From Candidatus Scalinduaceae bacterium (lineage in GTDB: Bacteria; Planctomycetota; Brocadiia; Brocadiales; Scalinduaceae): a stretch of 64,000 bases of DNA. Below are positions 18,934 to 27,739 of the stretch, piece by piece. The notes under the pieces are model-generated. The model worked only from the letters and a program-made list of their open reading frames with translations. It had not been told where the DNA came from and ran no database searches. Both the position numbers and the translations under genes were made by a program. Each line of letters starts with the position of its first letter. Positions within the stretch are counted from its first letter, which is position 1. The stretch covers positions 1 through 64,000 of the forward strand of contig JBHICG010000001.1 in NCBI GenBank assembly GCA_046759445.1, in the 5' to 3' direction.

Positions 18934-19361
18934 TTAGGGCTGTGCTTGACACCAATGTCATTGTTAGTGGAGTCATAAAAGAAAATGGGGTACCAGGGAA
19001 ACTATTAAAGTCTTTTTTAGAGGAGAACAAATTTCTTTTAATAACATCATTGGAAATTTTAAGAGAAGTAGCTTTAGTTCTGAAATATCAAAAAATACGA
19101 AAGATTCATGGATGGAGTGATGAAAAGATAGTAGCATTTCTTTTAGGACTCCATGCAGTTAGTTTAGTAACAGAGGGTAAGGTTAACGTTGAGGTGGTTA
19201 AAGACGACCCTGATGACAATAAGTTTGTCTGTTGTGCTCTCGAAGGAAACGCTGACTACATTGTAACTGGTGATGCTCATTTAAAACAATTGGGGGAATA
19301 TAAAGGGATAAAGATCATTACTCCCCGCTCTCTCGAAGAGAAATTAAAGGCCAACTTATAA
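18930..19361 (+). CDS. PIN-domain toxin (VapC-like)
   Basis: AVLDTNVIVSG...E...DPDDNKF...YIVTGDAHL. Confidence 0.92.
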   Translation: MIRAVLDTNVIVSGVIKENGVPGKLLKSFLEENKFLLITSLEILREVALVLKYQKIRKIHGWSDEKIVAFLLGLHAVSLVTEGKVNVEVVKDDPDDNKFVCCALEGNADYIVTGDAHLKQLGEYKGIKIITPRSLEEKLKANL

Positions 19362-19557
19362 ATCGGTTGGCTTTTTTTAGGTTAAATTTTAAGATTGTCC
19401 ACTGTTTGAAGGGGTTTGTTTTTTATAGCTTGTATCAAATTAGCCTGCTTAAACATTTTTACCCATATCCCTTAAACTGTAAATATATAGTACAAGTGAT
19501 AAAATATAAAGGTTTATGAGAGGATACAACTCAACAATTAAAGAAAGGGAGTCAAAA

Positions 19558-19797
19558 ATGGGAAGAACGATTAAGGTAAGATTTTCCAAGGGAGTAATCA
19601 AGCCTTTAGAGAAGGTTGATGTAGCTGAAGGAAAGGAGATTGCTGTTACAATAAAGAATCTAGGGGAAAAAGAGAAAGTTAGAAAAGCCCTCAAAATTCC
19701 GCTTCACTTGGTTAAAGCAGAAACGCTTTTGAAATATACAGGATTAATTTCTATTGGTGGTGATGCTGTAAAGGAGTCTAAAAACTATGATAAGTAA
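19558..19797 (+). CDS. AF2212/DUF104-like antitoxin
   Basis: TIKVRFSKGVIKPLEKVDVAEGKEIAVTI. Confidence 0.85.
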   Translation: MGRTIKVRFSKGVIKPLEKVDVAEGKEIAVTIKNLGEKEKVRKALKIPLHLVKAETLLKYTGLISIGGDAVKESKNYDK

Positions 19798-19813
19798 AGT
19801 TATTATCGATTCT
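19787..19813 (+). pseudogene. Truncated VapC-like toxin stub (MISKVIIDS)
   Basis: SD aaggag at 19771-19776; ATG overlaps the antitoxin end; PIN beta1-Asp motif, followed directly by the SD of the next antitoxin. Confidence 0.6.
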
Positions 19814-19827
19814 AAGGAGGGTCAGAC

Positions 19828-20064
19828 ATGGCCAAAAAAATTAGAGCACGATTTTCGAATGGCGTATTTGAACCTTTAGAAAAAATAAATATACTAGAAG
19901 GCGAAGAATTGGAAGTGACCATTGAGGAAAAGCCCACTAAAGCTGAGGATGAGTCTTTTCTTAAAGCCGCAGGAAGTTGGAAGGGGTTAATTGACGCAGA
20001 AGAAATGATTAAAAACATTTATGCTGACCGCCTCATATCCACTAGAAAGGAACCGAGATTATGA
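19828..20064 (+). CDS. AF2212/DUF104-like antitoxin
   Basis: KIRARFSNGVFEPLEKINILEGEELEVTI...AAGSWKG. Confidence 0.88.
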   Translation: MAKKIRARFSNGVFEPLEKINILEGEELEVTIEEKPTKAEDESFLKAAGSWKGLIDAEEMIKNIYADRLISTRKEPRL

Positions 20065-20087
20065 AACCCTCTTTTCTTATTGATACA
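20061..20087 (+). pseudogene. Truncated VapC-like toxin stub (MKPSFLIDT)
   Basis: ATGA overlap with the antitoxin; PIN LIDT motif; the frame then runs antisense into the ATPase gene. Confidence 0.65.
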
Positions 20088-20102
20088 GAAAAGATTAAAA
20101 AA

Positions 20103-21431
20103 TCAAGAAAACAACCTTCCTTGATTGGTTTGTTTTTTTTCCTCAAAATGGCTTCTATAAAGGATTTCCTTTTCCACTTCCTTCCTTGGCCTTCCATATC
20201 TCTTTCTCGACAGCTCAATAAGCTCATCTTTATAAGGCATCCCTCTTTCAGGCGGAAGAAGGGTGGTTGCGCTGAAGGGCTTTGAGGTAACCCCGTCAAT
20301 CATTAATTTTAGATAGATGTGATAGTTGGGAAGGTTGACCAGATCAGCCTCTCCAAAGACTGGATAGAATTCTCCGGACAGATATTTAGCATCCTCAGCC
20401 CCTATTCTAAAGGAGATGATGGTTCCCACATTGCCAAAGACGGCTGCCCTTATCTTTTCATCAAGCTGTTCAATGTATTGGTGTGTAAGGGTCAGACTCA
20501 ATCCATATTTCCTTGCTTCAGACAGAATATCGGCAAAAGATAAGGTGAGAAAATTGTGGAACTCATCCACATAGAGATAAAACGACTTTCTCTTGTCCTC
20601 AGGCAGCTCTGCCCGGCTCAGTGCAGCCAATTGAATCTTGGCAACCATCATAGCCCCCAAAAGAGAGCCGTTGTCTTCTCCGATCTTACCCTTGGCCAAA
20701 TTGATTATCAGAATCTTTCCCTCATCCATCACCTTCCTCAGATCAAAAGTGTTTTCCCTCTGGCCTACTATGTTCCTTAATGGGATACTGGTTAAAAACT
20801 GGCCTATCTTATTCAAGATAGGAGAGACGGCCTGTGACCTAAACCAGGCCGAATACTTTTCAAACTCAAAGAGCCAAAACTCCCTTACATGCTGGTTGGT
20901 GATGCTTTCTAATACCATCCCTCTGAATTCCTTGTCGGTTAAAAGTCTCGGCATATCCAGGAGGGTGCTTTTTGGATATTCCAGGAGGGTTAAGATGGAG
21001 TTTCTCAGGATATGCTCTAGTCTAGGCCCCCAGAACTCAGACCAAACCTTTTTTAAGACCGAGATAAGGCCTGAAGCTACCAAATGGTGATAGTCTAGAT
21101 GAACCTCCTCTAAAGGATTAAAGGCAACGGGATACTTTATATCCGCTGGGTTGAAGTATATAACGTCTTCAATCCTGCTTTTTGGAATAAAGCTAAGAAT
21201 ATTTTCAGCCAAGTCCCCATGCGGGTCAATCAGTGCTATCCCATTTCCTTCCTTAATATCTGAGATGACCATGTTTTCAATCAAGGTAGACTTGCCAACC
21301 CCGGTCTTTCCAACCATATACATATGGCCTCTACGGTTCTTCTCCTTAATCCCGAATCTTTTTCTAATATCCCGGTAGTTGGTTACGGCAAAGGGGGTGA
21401 TCTGATCTTTGTCATTGTCTAATCTATTCAT
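20103..21431 (-). CDS. VirD4/TraD-like coupling-protein ATPase (HerA/DUF87-like)
   Basis: Walker A GKTGVGKST, LIDPHGD, Walker B LYVDEFHNF, SEARKYGL, AVFGNVGT; no TM region. Confidence 0.88.
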   Translation of the reverse strand: MNRLDNDKDQITPFAVTNYRDIRKRFGIKEKNRRGHMYMVGKTGVGKSTLIENMVISDIKEGNGIALIDPHGDLAENILSFIPKSRIEDVIYFNPADIKYPVAFNPLEEVHLDYHHLVASGLISVLKKVWSEFWGPRLEHILRNSILTLLEYPKSTLLDMPRLLTDKEFRGMVLESITNQHVREFWLFEFEKYSAWFRSQAVSPILNKIGQFLTSIPLRNIVGQRENTFDLRKVMDEGKILIINLAKGKIGEDNGSLLGAMMVAKIQLAALSRAELPEDKRKSFYLYVDEFHNFLTLSFADILSEARKYGLSLTLTHQYIEQLDEKIRAAVFGNVGTIISFRIGAEDAKYLSGEFYPVFGEADLVNLPNYHIYLKLMIDGVTSKPFSATTLLPPERGMPYKDELIELSRKRYGRPRKEVEKEILYRSHFEEKKQTNQGRLFS

Positions 21432-21584
21432 TCATAAATCATAAATCCTCACTTATGCCATTTAAAGACGGGAAAAGCTCTCTTTAAGGACAAATTAGCC
21501 CTTCTTGTTGTGTTATCCAGAGAAGATAGACTTAAAGCAGAATATTTAGAACCTTTAAAACCAAATATAAAGGAGGTGATAGTT

Positions 21585-21959
21585 ATGTTGAAGAAAGTAA
21601 GATGTGCCGAATTTAGAACTGGTAGTGGAAATCTTATTTTTAGTGTGGATATCTTTGATAAGGAGGTTGTTCAAGAGAACGAATCAAATGCTTCAACAGG
21701 CCACAAGCAAGAGGTAAGAGAGAAAAAAGGGCAGAACAACAACCAAAACAACGGGGATCTGATGACCGATGCACAGAAGAGATATCTTTTTAGACTTTTG
21801 GCTGACCAAGGGTTTGAGGAAGACAAGGCTCACGATCGCCTAAAAGAGCTTCTTCATGTTGATTCCTTAAAGGAAGTGACAAAGTCTGAGGCAAGCAAGA
21901 TGATTGAGCGTCTGCTTGAAGAGAGTAAAGGAGGTGAAGATGATAGACCACCTTTCTAA
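21585..21959 (+). CDS. Hypothetical protein with C-terminal helical motif typical of phage recombination modules
   Basis: SD aaggaggtga; MTDAQKRYL...VTKSEASKMIERL. Confidence 0.7.
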   Translation: MLKKVRCAEFRTGSGNLIFSVDIFDKEVVQENESNASTGHKQEVREKKGQNNNQNNGDLMTDAQKRYLFRLLADQGFEEDKAHDRLKELLHVDSLKEVTKSEASKMIERLLEESKGGEDDRPPF

Positions 21960-22707
21960 TAGCCAGATTTATCTCTATTTGCAGTGCAGTCTCAAGTACA
22001 AGTTCCAGTATATTGACGGGCTTCCAAAGCCCTTTAAACCTTCGGGTCTCGCCTTTGGAAGTGCCGTCCATTCAGCCCTTTCATGGTTTCATAAAGAGAA
22101 GATGAATGGAAATGGGGTCTCTTTAGAGAGGTTTTACAAGATCTTTAATGCAGACTGGTACAGCCAGAAGGTGGATACTGATATTCGCTACAAGAATGGG
22201 GAGGCAGATATGAATCTGGTGGTTATGGCAAAAGAGATACTCGGCCTTTATTTTCAAAAGCCCATTAAAGAGGTAAAGGGTTCTGAGATTCACTTTGTAG
22301 TACCACTGCTAAATCCCTCTACTGGTGAGGAGCTTGGGATAAACCTTGAAGGCTTCATTGATCTTATTGAAAAGGACGATACTATCGTGGAATTTAAGAC
22401 CTCAAAACAGACTATGAACCAGGGAGACGCTGACGATCTTCTACAGTTGACCACTTACGGCTATGCCTATGAGATGCTTTATCGGAAATCTCCAAAGCAA
22501 CTTAAGGTAATCGACTTTGTCAAGACCAAAAAGCCTAAGATGATCGTTCTTAAGACAAAGAGACGTAAAGCTGACTACCAGAGATTCTTTTACCTTGCCA
22601 GTCATGTCCTAAAAGGGATCAGGTCTCAGATATTCTTTCCAAGGCAAAGTTTCTTGTGTAAGGACTGCGAGTACGAGGGGCCCTGCAAGGTATGGGAAGG
22701 AAATTAG
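21940..22707 (+). CDS. PD-(D/E)XK nuclease (RecB/Cas4-like, Fe-S staple)
   Basis: HLSNSQI...C, FGSAVH, GFIDLI...VEFKT, QLTTY and CKDCEYEGPC. Confidence 0.9.
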   Translation: MIDHLSNSQIYLYLQCSLKYKFQYIDGLPKPFKPSGLAFGSAVHSALSWFHKEKMNGNGVSLERFYKIFNADWYSQKVDTDIRYKNGEADMNLVVMAKEILGLYFQKPIKEVKGSEIHFVVPLLNPSTGEELGINLEGFIDLIEKDDTIVEFKTSKQTMNQGDADDLLQLTTYGYAYEMLYRKSPKQLKVIDFVKTKKPKMIVLKTKRRKADYQRFFYLASHVLKGIRSQIFFPRQSFLCKDCEYEGPCKVWEGN

Positions 22708-22715
22708 TTCTTTAC

Positions 22716-22747
22716 AAAAAGGAAGTAGAAAATCTACTTCCTTTTTT
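22716..22747. terminator. Bidirectional intrinsic terminator
   Basis: aaaaaggaagtaga-aaa-tctacttccttttt. Confidence 0.85.
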
Positions 22748-22855
22748 ATTTTTGACTTTTAGAGTAGGGTGTCATGCTTAAGCTCCTTGCATCACCGTTC
22801 AAGACTCCCCTAGTAAGTGGGTACTGTATTCACGAAGACAGATCACTATCGTTAT

Positions 22856-24361
22856 TTACTGAGTCTCCGCTCTAATCCGCTCGTCGGGGTCCAGTAGCTG
22901 TCCGGGGTCACCTGAATTGCGCCAAATATGTGTCATTTTCCATTTCACATAATCTGGTAGTTGGTCTTTAGCATTAGGACCTGAGGTAACTACAACCGAC
23001 TGTCCAGGTTGCAATTGTACGTCTCTTGTGAATGTAAACCGTTGATTACCCTGTACGCTGATGAGTGTCCAACCTCTGAGGTTTACCTCGCTACCACCTA
23101 CATTGGTGATAGTTGCCTCTTCAGTAACTAGATTTACTTTTAGCGTTAGCGCAGGTCCACTTACTGATCCCGTAGTATCATCTGATTCAAACCACACTGG
23201 CGCCAACCAAGCACGATCTACTTCGACACCATCATCGTCTGTTTCTGTAATTTTGAAAAAGAAGTACTGATTGCCGCCATCGTATGAAATTCCGTCTAAG
23301 GTGACCGTACCGTTGCCAGAAGCCTCGAATTGTGCAACAACGTCAGCCTCTTCAGGTCCACCTAAATGATCAGCGTACACGTCTATAGTGTAGAGAGCAA
23401 AAGGCTCGTCATCGTCGTTCAAATCTATTTCAATGCTTAGTTCACTTCCCGGATTGGGTACTTGGTTACCTTGGAACCTCGTTCCCACTAGCTCACCGTT
23501 GACTTTAGCAATAATTTGCAGGTTGCGGTCTTCGGTAGCATACACGTGACGAGCCCGCAACGCCTTTAAAATGTTAGACTTAGTCAATGATGTTGTTACG
23601 ACACCCGTCCGGGTATCAGCAGCACTACCCCAGTTTGTGCGGTGGTTGTCTTGATCCGCTGTGGGAGCAACGTGAAGGCCAAGGTTAAGGTAGCGCAAAA
23701 ATTCACTCTCTGAAGGTTGACCAGGGTGAGGTCTATCGTGGGAAGGACCGTTTATAATGTTGATAAGTTGAGCATGGGCGTCCAACTTGGTGCGCCAAGT
23801 TGTAAAGCTACCAAAATCGTCAATACCATACTCTTTATCGTTGGGACTACTACTTTGAGCTGGGTGATTGAGTAGAATCAGGGCAGGCTGGCCTTGGGAG
23901 TCTAAATGGCTAGGCAACCATGTGTTCAAAAGATCATCCCACTCACCGTTGGGAACATCACTTGTGTCAATAACTGCTCCTACCTCGAAGACGTTGGCGT
24001 GGTTACCGGAACTGATACTGGAGAACTCTTGTCCATATATTGCGACGAAACGACCATCTTGTGTAAATCGTTCTGCTGTAGAGATGAGTGAGTCTGGGAA
24101 ACTGCCCGAGTAGAGCTGGTGGTTAGTGGCAATCCGGCTTGGGGCACGAGGATGGTTATGCTCTGTAATCGCTAGGAAATCTAAGCCTGCTATGTCGCGT
24201 GCGTGGGTGTATGCCATCTCCGGTGTGCCTGAGCCGTCGCTGTAGGAAGTGTGAGAATGGAGATTGCCAAAGTAGACTTGAAGGGATTGAGCCCAGGCCA
24301 CTTGATAGACAGTCATCATGGGAAGAACAACAAGGATCGTGAAAATGGTGTAGAGTTTCAT
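22856..24361 (-). CDS. Secreted PHP-fold (CehA/McbA-like) metallohydrolase with lamin-tail domain
   Basis: Signal peptide; GNLHSHTSYSDG, AITEHNH, NHP, DNH; LTD motif VNLRGWTL...IWRNSGD. Confidence 0.85.
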   Translation of the reverse strand: MKLYTIFTILVVLPMMTVYQVAWAQSLQVYFGNLHSHTSYSDGSGTPEMAYTHARDIAGLDFLAITEHNHPRAPSRIATNHQLYSGSFPDSLISTAERFTQDGRFVAIYGQEFSSISSGNHANVFEVGAVIDTSDVPNGEWDDLLNTWLPSHLDSQGQPALILLNHPAQSSSPNDKEYGIDDFGSFTTWRTKLDAHAQLINIINGPSHDRPHPGQPSESEFLRYLNLGLHVAPTADQDNHRTNWGSAADTRTGVVTTSLTKSNILKALRARHVYATEDRNLQIIAKVNGELVGTRFQGNQVPNPGSELSIEIDLNDDDEPFALYTIDVYADHLGGPEEADVVAQFEASGNGTVTLDGISYDGGNQYFFFKITETDDDGVEVDRAWLAPVWFESDDTTGSVSGPALTLKVNLVTEEATITNVGGSEVNLRGWTLISVQGNQRFTFTRDVQLQPGQSVVVTSGPNAKDQLPDYVKWKMTHIWRNSGDPGQLLDPDERIRAETQ

Positions 24362-24468
24362 TTGAGCCTCCTATATATTTATTCTTACACAAAAGAGTTG
24401 AAAGGGTTAAAGCTGTGATTTCATATTTTTTTCACACAATCTCTCAGCCTACTACTAACAATTAAGCT

Positions 24469-25587
24469 TTATAATAGTTCTAATTCCAATGCCTGTAGGA
24501 TTCGGTTTAGACCAATGCCATAGGTCAAGTCCTCTACCCCTCTACTTCTTCCAATATCTGTAGGCCAGCCTCCCCAAAGTAAAGCTACAGGGCGGTCTTT
24601 GTTTGTATCATCAGTATCAATCAAGATAGCAGAGCCTGAATCACCAGGCGCACTAAAAACTGTACTTGTGCCGCGCGGAGCAATTAAAAGGTCAGTATAA
24701 AAGTTTGCAGGCTCCACATTAATATTGCGGTCTATAAATTCCTCTTCTCCACCAATTCCATAACCAAATGCTATTATCGTACCCAACTGAAGGCCTGTGG
24801 TTCGCCCTAGTTTTTTCACAGGCATGCCGATTATGTCCATTGAATCCAAATCGATTTCAAATGGAGAACCCATGGGACCAATTCCCAGCACATCATTTCG
24901 CATATGACTGCCCAAACCTTCATCTGCAACTGCAAATGCTGAATCTGTTCGCACATACGCAAACTTCTCATCAAGGCCTTTGAGCCATTCATCATCCGGC
25001 CTATGTTCCATGACCCTGCGCGTAACGCCAACGCGTATTGCATTCTGGCGGTATCCTGGAATGTAAAGTGAGTGTCCAGAATGAAGTCCAACATGTTGAT
25101 TAGTTAGAAAGCCGATTAATTTATTATCATTTTTTGATCTAACAATGTATCCAAGGGTGCCAACAAAAGTCTCCAATTGCCCGCTTGAAACGTCAGCAGC
25201 GCCAACTTGTACACCAGGTCCTATAAAATCCATTTTGCCGTTTAACCATTGCAAAGTTTCTATAATTTCTTGGTTTTCTGCGCTTAGTGAAGGAGTATTT
25301 TTAGTTTTGTTTGGCACTGTCGTTACAATTACATCAGTAGGAGACTCCAGCTTACCGTCACGTGAAGTTAGTTTTGAGGGAATTACAGCATTTTCTGAAA
25401 GAAGTGCTCTGTGGATCTTATGAGGAACGTACACAATGATGCACGGATCGCCAGTAAGCTTATCAGTTGCATCAAAGTTTTTTAATCCTAGGGCAGTACC
25501 CTGAGTGCCAACAATAGCATTTAAAAAATCACGCCTGTCTGCACGAATCTGCGCAAGCTCTTTTAGAGTTGTTGCTTGTTTTGCCAT
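24469..25587 (-). CDS. Trypsin-like serine protease (Nal1-like)
   Basis: Triad motifs LTNQHV, TDSA and PGDSGS; KLGRTTGL; N-terminal CIIVYV...TDV prodomain; no signal peptide. Confidence 0.85.
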   Translation of the reverse strand: MAKQATTLKELAQIRADRRDFLNAIVGTQGTALGLKNFDATDKLTGDPCIIVYVPHKIHRALLSENAVIPSKLTSRDGKLESPTDVIVTTVPNKTKNTPSLSAENQEIIETLQWLNGKMDFIGPGVQVGAADVSSGQLETFVGTLGYIVRSKNDNKLIGFLTNQHVGLHSGHSLYIPGYRQNAIRVGVTRRVMEHRPDDEWLKGLDEKFAYVRTDSAFAVADEGLGSHMRNDVLGIGPMGSPFEIDLDSMDIIGMPVKKLGRTTGLQLGTIIAFGYGIGGEEEFIDRNINVEPANFYTDLLIAPRGTSTVFSAPGDSGSAILIDTDDTNKDRPVALLWGGWPTDIGRSRGVEDLTYGIGLNRILQALELELL

Positions 25588-25599
25588 TTCCTTCTCCTT

Positions 25600-25926
25600 T
25601 CATGTAAAATGTCTTCCATAATTAGCAGCTAGCTCTGCTATTTTTGAAGCAACATCTATAGATACTCTCAATGTTCTCGCTAATTTCTCAATTTTAGTGT
25701 TATCCTTCTTGGATTGTTCTATGAGGCATCTGATTTCTTCTGATTCTTCAGAGCTAAAAGTATGAAAATCGTATTTAGTCCTTCGCAGAAGTTTATTAAT
25801 TGTCACAATTTTAGACAATGCCTCATTAATTTCCTCTAGGGCATCTTCATCGACAGTTCCCTCAAGTTTCTGATTCAATTTCTCCGCCCATCCTTCAATA
25901 ATAGTCAATAAATCCGTATCGTCCAT
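25600..25926 (-). CDS. Hypothetical alpha-helical protein
   Basis: 108-aa ORF 12 nt upstream of the protease. Confidence 0.7.
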   Translation of the reverse strand: MDDTDLLTIIEGWAEKLNQKLEGTVDEDALEEINEALSKIVTINKLLRRTKYDFHTFSSEESEEIRCLIEQSKKDNTKIEKLARTLRVSIDVASKIAELAANYGRHFT

Positions 25927-26078
25927 CCTATGCTAGTGAAGCTTTTATTTCAGCAAGAATTTATGTATTATTCACTCACTGTGTTCATATTTGAGCACTT
26001 TGTAGGTTTTATATTACCTAACTTAATTTTTTTAAACATTTTAATGCCGCTTTAAATAAAATATACTATGGGGCAAAT

Positions 26079-27434
26079 TTAACCATGGTCTTGAATATTC
26101 TGGAAAAACTGTGAATTGAGTTTTCCTTCTTCTTGTAGAATCATAATCCCTGCAAGAGTACCCTCTATCGTAGCCTTGAATACCTCACAAAATACTTGTG
26201 TAGGAGGTCCCAATTTTCTCGATTCAGAAAAATTGATGCCATAACAGCTAAAACAGAGATTTCCAGCCCAACAGCTGCTACATTCTCTAAAGTGAGATTT
26301 TGGTTTAGTTTTAAATGTATTGCATATCAGATTAAAGTTTTCAGAATTGTTATCAGTATTTGCGCCGATCTTTCCCAACACATATCTGTCATCAAGTAAT
26401 AAATAACATGGATAGACAGAACCATTGGGCATAACTGTATATGATGATTGCGCAGCAGGGCAGATATATTTTCTTGTACCTCGTCTAGCTATTGTTGAAA
26501 ATACCTTAAAAACATATGATAATACAATCGGATTATCAGTAGCAAGAGAGGTGAGGGAATAAACCGCGGCTTCTTTAAATTGCTCACTCAACTCAAGTAC
26601 ATTTTCATCTTGGGCATAAAAATTTGCCATAAAATCTGTACCATGTTCCAGTGAAATAGCACAATTTTTCACGCCCAGAGCTTGGAAATAGCGAATCAGA
26701 TCTACTATTGAAAAATTATGCTTTAAGTGTTCCCTTCCGTAAGTCGCTTCGACTCCAAATTTCATCTGGCGAGCGATCAGATTCTCTATGGATGAACAGA
26801 CCAGATAGTGTGTCGGCTCGTTGGTGAGCGTTCTTCGCAGTCTGTCATGTATTAATGAAGGCCCGTCAATACTTACCGTAGGTACAATACGGTGTTCCCG
26901 CAGGAAATCAGCAATATCACCAGTGATTCTAGTGCCATTTGTAATTAACATGAAAGCCTGAAGAGTTACTTGCCTGCGCTTCATAATTTTGATTAAATCT
27001 TTAATACAATCTATTGCGAGTAGTGGTTCTCCTCCGAATAGAATTATTTTTTTGACCTTTTTTTGGTGATGTTCAAAAAAATCGAAGGTTTGATCAATAA
27101 ATTCCGGAGTCAACGTCTGGCTGCCAAGATAGGAGGTTTTTGCAAAGCAGTAATTGCAGTTTAAATTGCATCTGTTTGTAATGAGAAGATTTAGTTCTAC
27201 TCCATCTGTTTCAGTCAAAACAGAACTTTTAAAATTAAAAGCTTTATCTTTAAAAATAGATTTTAATTTTGCGTTATACGGATCGTCTTCTTTTAATACA
27301 AATAGTTTCTTATCTATTTTTAGAAAACTCTTATAAACGTCATAAGGAACAGTAACTAATGAATTAGAATGTTTTTCAAAAGCAAACTTTGTTGTTAAAT
27401 ATGAAAATGTGTGAAAAAGATAATGCGCCATCAT
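26079..27434 (-). CDS. Radical SAM/SPASM peptide maturase-like protein
   Basis: CNLNCNYC, FGGEPLL, SIDG; SPASM CPAA...VYPC...CSSCWAGNLCFSC...FC; RRE-like N-terminus. Confidence 0.93.
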   Translation of the reverse strand: MMAHYLFHTFSYLTTKFAFEKHSNSLVTVPYDVYKSFLKIDKKLFVLKEDDPYNAKLKSIFKDKAFNFKSSVLTETDGVELNLLITNRCNLNCNYCFAKTSYLGSQTLTPEFIDQTFDFFEHHQKKVKKIILFGGEPLLAIDCIKDLIKIMKRRQVTLQAFMLITNGTRITGDIADFLREHRIVPTVSIDGPSLIHDRLRRTLTNEPTHYLVCSSIENLIARQMKFGVEATYGREHLKHNFSIVDLIRYFQALGVKNCAISLEHGTDFMANFYAQDENVLELSEQFKEAAVYSLTSLATDNPIVLSYVFKVFSTIARRGTRKYICPAAQSSYTVMPNGSVYPCYLLLDDRYVLGKIGANTDNNSENFNLICNTFKTKPKSHFRECSSCWAGNLCFSCYGINFSESRKLGPPTQVFCEVFKATIEGTLAGIMILQEEGKLNSQFFQNIQDHG

Positions 27435-27538
27435 TTCCCTTTTTTAGTCCATTATCCCTCAAAGCATTTTGGAATATAAAAAAAGAGCAAGCAAAGAGTA
27501 CTTATTTACCTTAATCCAGTTAAGGTTATTTCATTTAT

Positions 27539-27739
27539 TTACGTTGAACCATTGCAGCAATTATTACACGCTACTTTTTCAAGCAATTGAGCTGCTCTCG
27601 AAAGTCCTGAGGCGTCAAGCTCTTTTATTTTATCTATTCTAAGAGCAACCGCTTCAATCACGCCTCCTATCATACCCCTTGTTACAGCTAATGCATTTCT
27701 CTCAGCTTCTTCTGGTTTAAGCAAAGTTAGGTCTGCCAT
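27539..27739 (-). CDS. Putative RiPP precursor peptide with Cys-rich C-terminus
   Basis: SD aaggagg; 66 aa ending ACNNCCNGST; directly upstream of the rSAM gene on the same strand. Confidence 0.75.
   Translation of the reverse strand: MADLTLLKPEEAERNALAVTRGMIGGVIEAVALRIDKIKELDASGLSRAAQLLEKVACNNCCNGST

Noticed and set aside
20088..20285. Remainder of the 74-aa ORF 20061..20285 as a real protein
   Set aside because: After residue 9 it is mostly the antisense of the ATPase gene; only the stub is meaningful.
21940..22707. Cas4-like nuclease suggesting CRISPR-Cas
   Set aside because: No repeat-spacer array or other cas genes are visible; the context is a mobile-element recombination module.
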